DNA of 64,000 nucleotides from Botryllus schlosseri (taxonomy: Eukaryota): assembly GCA_051294905.1 (NCBI GenBank), contig CM119375.1, forward strand, positions 6,758,001 to 6,822,000, written 5' to 3'. Positions 1 through 44,808 of this stretch are shown in pieces. Each line of letters opens with the position of its first letter. Position 1 is the first letter of the stretch. The position numbers were made by a program, and so were the translations under genes. The notes under the pieces are model-generated. The model saw only the letters and a list, made by a program, of their open reading frames with translations, did no database searches and had not been told where the DNA came from.

Positions 1-450
1 CATCTGCTTCATTTCTCTGCTGCTAAGAAAAGTATCTCGGCGAATAAATCGGTGCGGTGCAGCCAGGCAAGAAAGGCGACTGTTCAGGAAGCGGCAGTCT
101 ACCATAGTGGAGTAGTATATGAAAATTCTACATGACAAGATACGTTACAGTGAGCATGAGCACAGACGCTCTCTTCCGACGTTTTTTGCTCGCGCTGTGG
201 AGAGAGACGTCGTAATTGCGGGAGATCCCCTTTCCACAATAGGACGTTTTTGTATTTCCCAAAGCAACGTCAGCCAGTCATTCATGTTAGTAAGAAGGCG
301 GATTGGCAATTTCCTACTTCGGTAGGATAACAACACTTCTTCGTTTCCGCGTTCCACGATCGCATTATCTCTGACTCTCGACCTATATCCCGTCTAGCCG
401 CTTTCGGCCAAATTACCTCGAGCGACATACAACCAAATTATAGTCATCTG

Positions 451-1325
451 TAGGGCGATTTTTTCTACCTAAAAAACGGCAGATTTTGACCTAAAAAATC
501 AAAATTTTGACATTTTTTGACTATAAAAAAACTTAATTTTGACAAAATTTTGACCTCATGTATGCAAATTAGGTGTTTTTGCACATAAGGTTGAAATTGT
601 ACTATTTATCTTCATTTCTGGTTGGAACTGTCTGTCCTTGTGAAGTAGTTGGCCTGAAAAAACTTTTTTGACTCAAAAACTGACAAATTTGTACATGAAA
701 AAACTTTATTTCAACGAAATCTGGCCCTATGAAAAATTCCAGTAGTAACATCACGTAATATGGTAGAAATAATTATAATTTGTTGTAGTACAACAACGAA
801 AGATAGTTAAGTAAACTAAGTAGCATTGCCATTAATGGACTAAGAAGCTTGCCAAAAATGGAGAAGGAACGTTCAACAGCAGTATTTATTGGCTGACAAC
901 ACTGAAGCTGTGCGTACACTGCTGGTGACACACCGTGTTCGTTATGCTGACAATGCTGGTGTCTATACATCACAATTTTCCATCATCCGCTTCTTGATAT
1001 AAGGGCCATGCAATGCCCACGCAGTCTTGCTTCAGTTTGGATGTTGAGGCACGTTGACCATAACACCATGTCAACCTATTTGTTTCATTTGGATGTTTAT
1101 GATTCACAATGAGCAGACAATTGACCGTCTACAATGGTAGGCCTATACAGTAGGCTACAAGCTGTAAAGTGCCAAAAGTTCACCGACAGTACAAAATCTA
1201 CGATACAAACGAAATGCAGGTTGCAAAAATTTTTTGACTTTGTAAACAATTTTGACATTTTTTGACCTAACGCTACAATTTTGACAAATTTTGACTTTTT
1301 TTACATGTAAAAAAAAATTGCCCCA
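451..1325 (+). mobile_element. Non-autonomous hAT element carrying a transposase C-terminal remnant, copy A
   Basis: Imperfect TIR tagggcgatttttt / aaaaattgcccca; TSD gtcatctg / gtcatcag (7/8); minus-strand AVERSFS..LL dimerisation-domain motif (773-973); inverted sister copy at 36228-37073. Confidence 0.85.
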
Positions 1326-1559
1326 GTCATCAGTGATTTCGAACGTGTTGAATTTCGAAGAGAACTCAATTGTTGTCCACTGGTATAACAATCCAATTTC
1401 ATTCTGCACATTCACAGCGATATCCGTCATTTCTAGAACAGAGTTAAGTATACAAGGGTATCGCCGAATTCGTCTTTAACCTGAACGAATATCTTGTTAG
1501 GACTGCTAGCGAGATGCCCCGCTGAAGAATCGTCAACAACCTATCAGACATTGCTATGC

Positions 1560-1685
1560 GCACCCCATCCAGGTGGGTGTCTGATTTCAAGGACTACTCC
1601 AAGTCGCTTCGACACCTTCCTATCTTTTCATTGTACCGTACTTTTGAGGTGTTTTGAAATGATGAAAATATTAATAAACTGATGC
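1560..1685 (+). mobile_element. CR1/L2-type LINE 3' UTR fragment
   Basis: Shares gggtgtctgat...gactactccaagt...ccttcctatcttttcattgta...aataaac with 16510-16848 and 37850-38360. Confidence 0.7.
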
Positions 1686-3276
1686 GGGTCTGAATCTCAA
1701 AATTACGGATTTTTTTTATCTTAACCCGTGTGGACTTATGTTACCATGTCGTTTTTGATCGAATACTGTATATTCACTTGGGCGTGACATGATTCTGGAT
1801 ACGTGCCTCGACAAACCCGGATAACTTGGATGCCGTAAACCCGTTCATCTCCGGTTTAACTCATCAATCCCTAAGTAAGAACCATCATACATATTTTCCA
1901 GCTGTCTATTCAGTAGGCCTAGCCTAGTGATAATAGGAGCAAGAAATATTCGAGAGCCGACTTAGCTGCACCTGACACCAACAGTTTTCAAGCGAAGTCC
2001 AAAATTTGCAAACATTGATACCAAGTCAGCGCTTCGCGTGCCAAACTTTCTATAAGTCCCAAGTAGGCACCAGACAATTCAATACAAATCACTCAGCGGC
2101 CCTGACAACTCTGTTATCAACACACCATTCATCGCATTATTAATATCAATTATCAATTTTAATCGCAACAGAACACTATATTTGCGCGTAATAATAATCG
2201 GGACGTTCTTACAAGCGAATCGAGAGAGACTGAAAACGCGAATCGTACATTGTGACAAAGAACAACAGCCCGTATACACAATTTTGCACATTCCAACGAG
2301 ACACTTGCGAGGGCAGAATGAAATACACAGCAAAACCAGGCAGACAGCAACATGACCGCAGTGTGTTGGTTCTTCAAAGATACCGACAACCACACCGTCT
2401 ACACGACAATGCAGTCTGGTCGCGGCGAAAACCAATTTCAACTCATTCGCATATTAACCGATGAGCACGGTTTCATGATACGTCAGCAACACTAATTCAG
2501 CGAAACTCGAGATACAACCTCGGCGTGAGCAATCCACACCACAGGCAATTGTATCCGACAGCGTCTTGGATAGCGCAGGCTCGCGCACGCCCCATTAATA
2601 CATTAATGACTGTTATTGTCTCATATATGTTTTAAGCAGCTGGAACGAACACTTGAACGTTCCATACGCCATAGATTACACTGCGGATTTAGCGTGTGTG
2701 AGCACGAATCTGCATATCTGGAAACCGCTTGGAGAAATAGCACATTTCCGCACAATGCCAGATATACGGGATACTGGAATCCGGAGAAACGACCCATTTT
2801 CTTATCAAAGATCAAGTCAAAAACGGCTATGACTAACGCGAATGAATATACAATACAATCGGCATTCTTGGCCATCGAATGGCACCCTCATTTCCGCGGT
2901 GAAGATGTTTTCCCCCTCTAGCATGTCAACACTACGGAGTTTCAGACGTAGAGTCGGTGCAGCAGCAGTCCATTCTCATAACCAAAGGGTCTGCACATTG
3001 CACAAGTCTGGCTCCATTACTGCCGTACAGTTCTTCCGTAGCAATTTTCAGGAAAACCAGGAATTAGAACAGAAACGTTTCACAAATTAGATTAGAATTG
3101 GATTACCGACGTTTCGTTCTAATTCGACTTATTGGGCAAATAGATTCTGGTGTCCGTGAACATGCGTGGTTTCATGTATTGCACGCCAATCCAAGTTTCA
3201 AGGATTCAGTGACGGGAAAATTGTGTCGAAACCCTAAATCCCTCTCGAAAGCGGTGTATGATTTCAGTACTCGGAT

Positions 3277-3282
3277 TTTATT
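3277..3282 (-). terminator. Candidate poly(A) signal (AATAAA) of the MAP4K gene
   Basis: Minus-strand AATAAA about 395 nt after the stop; no transcript evidence. Confidence 0.3.
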
Positions 3283-3676
3283 GATTACAATCGACACTAG
3301 ACTTGATTCCAGTAATCAAACCTTTGTGCGCAGCCCTATACAAAAGCTACCGCCGGGTAATGTGACCCAGTTTCATCTGCCACGGACTGTTTACAGACAG
3401 CATAGTGTCGAGACGTACAAATCAAAATAAAGTGCGCCACACGCATAGATTCAACATCGATTATCATCTCCATTACAGATACTGGTCCGAGACGCTGGCA
3501 GCGTCCACGCGAGCACGGAGCAGAGTACTGAACGCGCTCGTAATTCGCGGCCTCTTTTAAGTACAATATTTCCATTTAAAATAATCTAAAACGTAAAAAT
3601 ATCCGGCGGTACGCTTAAATTCGCGGACCGTCAAATCTGTCGAACGGCCAGCGCCGCGCTTCGCAGTTGGACCGGG

Positions 3677-35432
<31,756 letters not shown>

Positions 35433-36227
35433 ATCCTCTCAGCAGACAAGTATAGTAAATCCACAAAGGGGTATTGATGAAATCGGTATATATCCCAAGA
35501 CAAAGCAGCTTCACATTCGGTTGTTGTGGTTGAATGTTTACCTTATACGAATTTTCTTTTTTACTCTATACGTAAGCTATGTCTGGTTCGAAAGACATCG
35601 TTAAAAGTAGATTGCGCAAGTATCACGATATTTCAAAGCAGCAGACTATAAATACGGATGGCCATCATGAAACTACTATCGCATATTGTGACATGAAGAG
35701 TTAGCATACGACAGGGTACCCGTATGGTAATTTTTTTCACTGCAATCTTTCTCAAAAACTGAAGCCTTGTTCAGGGGAGAATTAACAAATGAAAAAGAAC
35801 TGGCGTAAGTATACTGTTAATGGCGCTTCAAAATAAAGCAACCGGAATATGAACCGACTGATTCAACAACAATAAACCTCACCGCATCATTTGCATAACT
35901 GACGATAAGAGACATCATGAAATTTGTGTATAAATTAAATACCTTGCATTACTTACAAAGGATTGTATACCAACTAGCTACTTTCGGAATAGCCTTGCTT
36001 GGATACCAACAACATCTCAGATTTTGTGAAGTAGAACGTACTTCATTACGAGATCCTTGGATTCGCATCGGTTTTATAAGTGAAATTGGCAACCGTAAAC
36101 AATGCAGGCTATGCAAAAACGCAACATAAAAACTGTCAAGTTGTGGGGAAGTTTGCAGACACCTTGATCAAATCTGGTACAATTTTAGACAGACAATATG
36201 GTGTGGCACCTTACGGTATCCTATCAC

Positions 36228-37073
36228 TAGCGCGATCATTTTTTACATGTCAAAAAAAGGTCAAAATTGTAGCGTTAGGTCAAAAAATGTTAAAATTTTT
36301 CACAAGTTGAAACTTTTTTGCAACCTGCGTTTCGTTTGTATCGTAGATTTTGCACTGTCGGTGAACTTATCATTTGACATTTTATAGCTTGTAGCCTACT
36401 TTATAGGCCTACTATTGTAGACGGCCCATTGTCTGCTCATTGTGAATCATAAACATTCAAATGAAACAAATAGGTTGACATGGTGTCATGCTCAACGTAT
36501 CGCAATATCCCAACTGAAGCAAGACTGCGTGGGCATTGCATGGTTCTAATATCAAGAAGCGCATGATGAAAAATTGTGATGTAGACAGTAGACACCATTG
36601 CCACAATGAAGCACCACGGTTTGTCACCAGTGTTGTCAGTCAACAAAAACAACTGCTGCTGTTACACGGTCTTTCTCCATTCTTGGCAAGCTACTTAGTC
36701 AGGACAGACACTTTCTACCCGAGAATGAAGGAAAGTATCTTTCGTTGTACTACAATAAATTTCAATTATTTCTACCATAACGCGTAATGCAACTACTGGA
36801 ATTCTTCATAGGGCCAGATTTCGTTAAAATCAAGTTTTTTCATGTGAAAATTGTCAGTTTTTTAGGCCAAAAAGTTTTTTTCAGGTCAAACTACTTCGTA
36901 AGGTCAGACAGTTCCAACCAGAAATGAAGATAAGTAGTACAATTCTAACATTACGTTTTAACATACGTTAGGTCAAACTTGATCAAAATTAAGATTTTCA
37001 AGGTAAAAAAATGTCACAAATTTTGATTTTTAGGGCAAAATCTTCCGTTTTTTAGGTAAAAAAAATCGTCCTA
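36228..37073 (-). mobile_element. Non-autonomous hAT element, copy B of the 451-1325 family
   Basis: Reverse-complement homology to 451-1325 across its length; perfect TSD cctatcac on both sides. Confidence 0.88.
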
Positions 37074-37849
37074 CCTATCACAAATCCCTGGCATAGATAT
37101 ATGATGCAGGCACCATGCCCGCAAAGAATACATATTTCAGTAACTACTATCTGCTGATAAGTAGGCTAATATACAAGCATGTAATTACTCAAGATAATTA
37201 TTTGCTCATGACGATATGACCAATGATCATGAGTAAATCGTAAGCGCAAAAATATTAATCAGACAGTGATAGGAGTTCCAAGACATAGCTAACTATTTAT
37301 GTGATTTGGAGATAGCTCAACATTGGTATTGCGATTTTTCAGTCCTTGAATTTCTTTTATAGGCTGCTATATTTGGACAGGTACAAACTTGCCTTACTAT
37401 CACCTTTGAGAACCAATCAGAATAATAGCTTCTCGTAAGTTCATTACTGCCAATGAGTAGCCTACTTAAATATTTGCAACTATCAGACACACAGACAGAC
37501 AATTCGTAAAAATAAAGAATCAATTATACTCGGGATGACGTGTTAAGGTTTCACTACTTGTCACCGCCATAACAGTTGAATGATACAGAGTTGGAAAATA
37601 CATTGTATCAGTGAATATAGCCAGTGAATCACATTGAACCATAGGGAAGAAAAAATATATATATTATATTATGTCTACCCCGCACAGCTTTCACTGATCA
37701 CTAGGCCTAGACTACATATAGCCGTATGAGGATTTGGATTTACAAGACGTCTGGGGGAAAATCTGGTACATCGATCAGTGGCATAGCCAGGGTGACGCTA
37801 ACTGCTTTTGCCACCTCCTAATTCTCGACTTTTTTGATTGTGACATCAT

Positions 37850-38360
37850 ACATGCTCACTATGCCACAATATTTCAATGACTTCTTTACCTCGGAATCAA
37901 AAGCGCAAAAGTACAACACACGCGTGTCCACGTCGACCGAATATCATATGATTGACCGAAAAGATCATCGTTCTACCAAAATGCCGGACCTGGCGTGTGG
38001 AACAGTATCCCGCCGGCCATCCGATGTCGACGAGCATGTCCACATTCAAGTCGAAATACAAGCAATTACTACGAAATAAATACTAGTCCATCCGCAAGAT
38101 TACCGGACCAAGACCTGACCTATCGATCTCGCCTTCCATGACACACCACCCCATTTTTGTTGTTTGCTTTTTTCTATACTTCTTCTACTTTTCATTCAGT
38201 GTGCATGCCTCCTCTTTACATCGCCTAGGCCAAGATGGGTGTCTGATTCCATAGACTACTCCAAGTAGCTTCAACACCTTCCTATCTTTTCATTGTATCG
38301 CATTTTTGTGGTGTATTGAACTGATAAAAATTGCTGATAAACCAATGATGAATGATGATG
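37850..38360 (+). mobile_element. CR1/L2-type LINE 3' end (ORF2 C-terminus + 3' UTR + gat-rich tail)
   Basis: PQYFNDFF...KYNTR...GVWNSIPPAIR..STFKSKYKQLL* (with frameshifts) fits the ORF2 terminus typical of these clades; tail atgatgaatgatgatg. Confidence 0.78.
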
Positions 38361-39392
38361 AATAGATTTTTATCAAAACGCTAATGGTAAATCTATTTCG
38401 CTGCCATCAATTTTCCAATCACCATTCTCAATTTTCTATCCTGGCTACGATCTATTGCATTGAATATTGGCAAGAGTGGAATTGGTGGACACATGTAACT
38501 TTCCGTTCAATTACTGAATTATTCTATGCAAGAAACCCTTCTGTCACGCATAACAGGTAACTTATTGCTGAAAACAATTCAACTATTTCCAGTCTAGAAT
38601 ATTGATATTTTAGTCCTCATCTACTTATGTAATCTAATTTGTAAAATTGGTTTGTGCTCTAATTATAAATATAATTTAATTTGGTAAATGTTTCAATGCT
38701 TTAATTTTAGTTCTAATCTAATTTCTGGTTCTAAAAATTGTACAGGGCTTCAGGAGAACTGTATGGTATGAAATGAAGCGAGCCAAGGTTGGTGTACAAA
38801 GTAGGCGACTCAGACATTTTCTATTCTCATGCTTAAATGATAATGAACTATGATTTGATATAAACTGAACTCTATTCAATTACTGTACCAAATGTTTCGC
38901 GAATTCAGTAGCCTATACTTCAAATTTTAATCTAATTTCGAAAAAAGTGAAACTATAATTGTAATTCTATTCTAATTTGGAAACACTGAAAATTTTCTAC
39001 TCTGCTAGGATTGAGCACAACGCTTTTACAACTGAAATATGAGATCCTAAACTTGTATTCGTATGGAATGCACATTGCCCACCCCGCTCATTGATTCCGT
39101 AAATACCGACTTCGCCTTCCTGTTCCTTCCGCACTACCCTGGTCAGTGGGTTTCGACCAAAAATTGACTCTCTAGCTCTCCCCGTTTATCATACACCGTC
39201 AGATGTCGCGATTTAATATTTCGTTCATGCATAAACAGCAAACTGCATAGGAAATGAAAAGGAAGTCAAGGAACAGGTACGTAATCGGCGGTTCCAATAT
39301 TTGTATCCGCTCAATGAACAGATTGGAGGAATGCGAAACGATCAAATACGGTCTCTCATCCACTACTGCATAGTGACCAATGTAACAGTCTT

Positions 39393-39657
39393 CGAGCGAG
39401 ATAGTGTAATGGTTATGCGTCCGGCTTCTCGAGCGGTAGGTTGTGGGTCGATCCCCGGCCGGGTCATACCAAAGACTCGAAAAATGGTATCCGCAGCTAT
39501 CCTGCTAGGCGCTCAGCAATCACGGATAGCATGGAGGATTAAAAAAACGGGGGCGCAGACTAGATGACCTCATGGGGCCGTATCGCAACTCCGTCGCCAA
39601 AGCATCTCGATGGTGCAGGCGAGAAAGAATATCATATCTCTCTCTCTCTCTCTCTCT
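39393..39657 (+). mobile_element. tRNA-derived SINE, copy 1
   Basis: A-box tagtgtaatgg (39402-39412), B-box-like gggtcgatccc (39445-39455), non-tRNA body ggccgggtcataccaaagact..., (TC)n tail; second copy at 42428-42659. Confidence 0.82.
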
Positions 39658-40229
39658 TCGATATCCGACTGTCTTCCCTTTTATTCCGAGTTCCGACGCT
39701 TCTTCTTGCTCAAAATGCTCAGTGCTCAGTAACTTTTAGTTCGTCCTTCGCCGGTCCGCTTGTCCGTTTTTAAAGAGGCCTTGAATAACAGCTGTAGCGG
39801 AGGAGGAGCCCAGATAAGCCTAATGTCCTCTAATGTCAATGGCGGTGGATTTACCAACCAGCCTACAATTCGTCTTTAGAATATTGAGAACTATATGGCG
39901 GGGCTTGGTCACGATACAAAAAGCCACAAGCCATGGAGATTTGGTCTGATCTTTTCGTCGGCGACGGTAACGGCGATAGGCTCAGCTGGGCAGAATCACA
40001 TGAACGTTCAGAGCCTATCACCAGTGGTAACTTTTGGGGTGGCGGTCGCCCCGCGGTCGCCACGCTTTTCGAAGGGGCCCCCCTTCTTGGTTTACGTGCT
40101 TTTTTCAAACGTTATCATTTGACGAATAACCGCGATGATCCGTGTACCCATCAATAGGATGATACCATACTTCTTCCAGCTTCGCCCAGGTCCCCCAATC
40201 GTAAAGCCATCACTGCCTATCACCACAAA

Positions 40230-40437
40230 TTCTGGTCAGCCTTCAGGATTACCGCACCACGACCTAACATATCGATCTCGCCTTCCGCCATATGTCACCT
40301 CCTTTTGTCGCTTGCCTTTAATATTCTCTGCTTTACTTTTCATTCAGTGTACATGCATCTTCTTGTATCGCATTTTTTGTGGTGTATTGAACTGATAAAA
40401 TTGCTAATAAACCAATGATGATGATGATGATGATGAT
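40230..40437 (+). mobile_element. Same LINE family 3' UTR with (GAT)n tail
   Basis: Homology to 38090-38350; (gat) repeat at about 40416-40437. Confidence 0.72.
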
Positions 40438-41695
40438 TCTTTACTTCGCCTAGGCCCTAGGCCAGAGGTCTCAAACACGCATTATCCTTGTCCAGCGGCA
40501 TATGCACATCATGCACTCATGGTATGCATATGCGCAGATCGTGTGTATGTGTATCATGAGTCGGTGTATATGCCGCAAAAACATCAAGGACAAAAATAAA
40601 CTACGTCCTTTCCTTTCCACGCGGCCCGCGAGAACATTTTGTGTGGCCCGCGATGGTATTTTGGAATTTGAAGTAGTATATTCAATAAGATACTCAAGGG
40701 CCATGTCTTTTTTAGATATAAGAACTTAAAGTTCACCCTAAAACTACTGTAAAAATCACTGAAATCTCAACAAACTACACTATCGTATCACTTTTAAAAG
40801 CTATACCATGCAGTAGAAGATCAGCTATTACGTCACATTTCTAGTTTATGATGATAAAACATAACCCGTTGATGATTCGTCACTGAAAATTGTGATTTGG
40901 TTTGGTGCGACCTTCTCGTTAAATTACTCAATTTCAGATTGGCTGCTGGGTGATTGAATAAAAATGAGTCGAGTTGAGTAGGGTCAAACGTTAAAATCAG
41001 AGAAAGACTTGCGACTCGGAACGGTAACTTGGTAATCCTACGGACGCAACAATCTATGAAACTGTCATGGGGAATAGTAACATATCAAAAGGTCGTAGCT
41101 TGCGTTGCGTCGGGCATATAGCTAAATCTGATCAGGTTAATATGGCAACCATTGGCATTCTGTGACCCCCCTGACGAATATTTGGTTACATGCTGGGTGT
41201 TGTTTGTTCTCTTTGTCCATGCTATTATCGGTGGCGAGTAAGGTAGTAGTACGCTCTACAGCCGTAAAACCAATGAATTCTTCACTGATTGGCAGGCCTG
41301 TTTATTTTTGGATATTGGGTTTTATTTTTGGAGATTCTCCAAAAATAAGATTTGAAAACATCCAAAAATAAGATTTTTTTCGATGATTATTTTTCAAGCT
41401 TCTCAGTGAAATGAGTTAGAGCGATGTAAACAAGCAGGAAACTCATAAAAACACACAAAAAACAACCTGTGTGTTAGGGAGGGGGTCGCCGAAACGCTAA
41501 AACTACTCCCACTCCACGTTTCTGCTGACCTTTCCTTCCCGCCCCCTCCATCTTTGTACTCCTGTAAGTTTCACAGTGCGGCGCGTAGAGAAGACGGGCA
41601 GGCTGCTTGAGTGAGGCTAAGGGAACAGCGAAATCAAATACGGCCACCTCTGTCACAATCACTTCGTCCACACGGGACGAGACTGATTGGCTAAC

Positions 41696-42211
41696 TCAGA
41701 CGGCAACAGAACTTGATCCATGAGATGGAAAGTGTGTGCCCCAGTCTGTTAACGCCAATTGATTGTTAATGAAGAAGATGGCGTCTTGTGTGACTGGACA
41801 CCGTACCAAACTCCTTGATGTTATGGACGAGAAAAGTCCGGCATGTGCACCTTCGCTGCAGTGGTGGGTCCAACTGATCGTTCTCGGTCGCATGATCACA
41901 GATCTGGGCACCACCGTCACGAAGCTTCAGGATATTGACAGTCTAATCAGGAGCTCCAGCGCTTGGTCGAACGTCTTCGAGCCAGTCCAGGTGAGGACTG
42001 GGACAACGACGCACGCGAAAAGGAAGGTTTTCAGGTCAGAGGGTGTTGGGCTGTCAACTTCAATGAGGCATGCAACTTCGTGGAGGATCAGAGGTTTCAA
42101 GAGCATTACTGACGAGCGCTTGTCAGGAGCAAAGGCTTGGAAGATTGAGGAGTTTAGGGAGTTATATCCATCCATCCGTTTTTTGACCCCTAGGCTCAAT
42201 GTTTCCCACAA
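41696..42211 (-). mobile_element. Possible degenerate RTE-clade LINE reverse-transcriptase C-terminal remnant
   Basis: Minus frame with one in-frame stop: KTFLFACVVVPVLTWTGSKT...ALE...ISWTHH resembles the RTE pattern K..LF.ACV..VLLYGSETW.LTK.LE...ISW..H; spacing imperfect. Confidence 0.45.
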
Positions 42212-42427
42212 TTGCGACGGTCGAGGTCTCGAAAATCAAGTGGGAGAAGGGTCTCGGCCGGGCGCCTCTCCCTGATTTTTCTTTAGACGGCATTCTCCAG
42301 GCCAAAGACTTCATTTTTTGACAGATGTATTTGAAAGCAGACCAGTGGCGTAGCAGCCACCTGGCGGTTCTGGCTCTGCGCCAGGGGCGGCAGGCTCCAA
42401 GGGGGCGGCAAAATGAGGCTGCACAGT

Positions 42428-42659
42428 GAGAGAGATGCCTGCATCATCGTGATGGTTTGAAGACGGAGATGCGATAAGGACTTTATAGTAAGGTCATCTA
42501 GTCTGCACCCCGTTTTTTTTCTCCTCCGTGATTGCTGGGCGTCTAGCGGGATAACCGCGGATACCAGTTTTCGAGTCTTCGGTCTGACCCGGCCGGGGAT
42601 CGGGCCCACAACCTACCGATCAAGAAGCCGGACGCTTCACCATTACACTATCTCGCGCG
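42428..42659 (-). mobile_element. tRNA-derived SINE, copy 2 (inside the hAT at 42343-45020)
   Basis: Reverse-complement homology to 39393-39657 including the A and B boxes. Confidence 0.8.
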
Positions 42660-43139
42660 GCGTGTAGACAGCCGGCTAAAAGAAGAGTGCTTGGTAGTCC
42701 TATAGCTGGCGTCCCGTCAGCTAAAATTTAATCAAACAGGTCTCAATCGAAAGCTATTGTCGCGCTGATTCCGATGGCATGGCATGGCGATGGAATCACT
42801 CCGAAACTCTCCGAACAAACAGAAGATGCTGGCCTCAGTGTTGTTGAAGAATTTAGACGATGCATGTTTCAAGCATAGGACAGATTTAAACTTGAAGCTG
42901 AAACTAGGTTTACCGGCATTCACCACTTAAATGATATATTTGGATTTTTGAATTCCCACGCGCTGCTGCAAAGCGAAAGTCACAATTTATTCACCAGCGC
43001 TTTTAGAAGCACTTATGACGACGAGGTGGACTTTTTGGAGTTAGCTGCGAAAATTGTCATGCCTTATACCTCGAATTAGGGATCATATAAAGCAGAAGAT
43101 TGCTAGCTTTTCGTACAAACCAATATGAGGCCTCTAGGA

Positions 43140-43459
43140 CAGGGGTTCTCAACCTGGGGGGCGCGCCCCCGTTGGAGGGGGGGCGAGAAAGCATCTTAAG
43201 GGGGCGCGAAGAATCGGTCAAATGAATTTTTTTTCGCGCTATGCGCGATTTACCTGCAATTCACGCGTGTTTCTCTATATATAGACCCAGTTTCTTATTT
43301 TTGAATTCTCTCATCAACAGTCATAACCTTCCATGCCATCAAACAATCTGTTAGGGTTGCTAGCATCCCGGTTGGATCTTGTAATATGACGATACGAGGG
43401 CGCGGAATTTTTCACTATCCTAAAGGGGGGCGTGTCTAAAAAAAAGTTGCGAACCACTG
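43140..43459 (+). mobile_element. cagtggttc-family MITE, copy 4, interrupting a hAT transposase remnant
   Basis: TIR caggggttctcaacc / gcgaaccactg; perfect TSD ctctagga. Confidence 0.9.
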
Positions 43460-43846
43460 CTCTAGGACGAACACAAATTAAGTTATAATCATATGAAGTT
43501 GTTCAACTTGAGATTTTAACAGGGTTAAGAGGCTGGTGCGGAGCAGTGAAACCACGTTTGATCGTAGTGCAACAACGTTTGATGCTTTACAGTGGTTGTT
43601 TAATGCAAAGCTACTTGATTCGACACCGTATTTATGCTCGTGTCTGAAACTTTATCTGAACATTGGTGTTTCAACTGCGAGCTGTGTGAGGAGCTTCTCA
43701 AAGCTCAAACTGATTAAGTCTTATATATTTAGTTCTATCATGAATCCATCCATTCTGTCTATAGAAAGAGACTACGTTCAAAAACTTGAATTTGAGGATA
43801 TTATCGCTGCTTTTGCTTTGAGGCGGCCATTGATTTTCTATTTGTA

Positions 43847-44808
43847 GGAAAGATGTGGTACCGATGGATCACTGGGACCGAAAATACTTTGAAAATTCTC
43901 CATGATAATTCCATGATTACACTCCGTGAACTTGTCTACCATTGCATGCTGGCAAAATCTTTCCTTACATGCAAAAAAATTCGACGTGCGGGAGCTATGG
44001 AGTCTCTCACAGATGTTTTTGGTTTTGGGGGGTGTAAAGTAAATTTTGATCGACATATACATTTCTCTTTGTAACCTTCAACAAGAACAAACCAGCAATC
44101 ATTTTTATTGTGAAGTGTAGGGCTTGTATCAGGCTATATAATGGCACCTATTATTTTTTTCAGTTCTTTCCTTGAGTGGAATCTTTTTCGATTCATGTAT
44201 AAAATTCGTAGGGTGGGGACCGATGATACAATAGCCAAATCAAGCAAAATAATCAAGCATACTAATCATGAAACAAATGTAACATGCCTACATACAGAAA
44301 ATCTTTATGTAATAATTGCATATGATGTTTTATCGCTATAACGAGGTATATGGAAGTCACACTGTCGATTTTCGGGCAATATGTATGTACCCTCAAATTT
44401 ATAAGTCCGAGCCTAAATCGAAACGTGATTTTATGACAACATTTGAGTTAATATGTATTCTATTTTTTGACGGTTGCGGTCAAACATTCTTCTTTGGCTT
44501 ACTGTAGCTTAGATTATAATACTGAGCAAGAAAAGTTGTCACATCTGAGTTATTTAGGGTATATGTGTCATAGGTCCCCGGGTCGTGTGCCATTGGACCC
44601 ACCGGGTGGGGACCGGTGAGACGTTCGAGCAACAAATTTTAAACGTCCATAAATATTTTTTGAAAAGACGGATATTCATGTATATGTGCGCTATAGGTAG
44701 AGCTTGTATCAAAGTGCTGAGCCAGCTAAAGATCTGCTGTTTTCGGCTGAACATTTTGGGGCCAGCGATCATTTTCCAATTTTTGATCCTTCGGTACCAC
44801 ATCTCCCC
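43847..44808. mobile_element. TIR element flanked by TA, level 5, superfamily unresolved
   Basis: TIR ggaaagatgtggtaccga / tcggtaccacatctcccc, TA on both sides, no 8-bp TSD. Confidence 0.65.

Noticed and set aside
145-357. 70-aa minus-strand ORF at the window start
   Set aside because: In-frame stop just upstream, no good acceptor, and no recognisable homology.
2616-2921. ORF containing WNPEKRPIF, reminiscent of a tyrosine-kinase C-lobe
   Set aside because: No other kinase motifs, no supporting splice sites or partner exons; likely chance.
35433-35545. 5' UTR intron or trans-splice acceptor just upstream of the MAP4K ATG
   Set aside because: A donor-like AAG|GTAAAC exists at 35541 but the only nearby acceptors are GAG-type; insufficient support.
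39393-39460. Possible tRNA gene
   Set aside because: A and B boxes are present but there is no complete cloverleaf or acceptor stem, and it continues into a body shared with 42428-42659; treated as a SINE head.
39660-40130. GC-rich block with short ORFs on both strands
   Set aside because: No recognisable protein, TIR or splice pattern; it lies between a SINE and a LINE tail and is probably a decayed repeat, so it is left unannotated.
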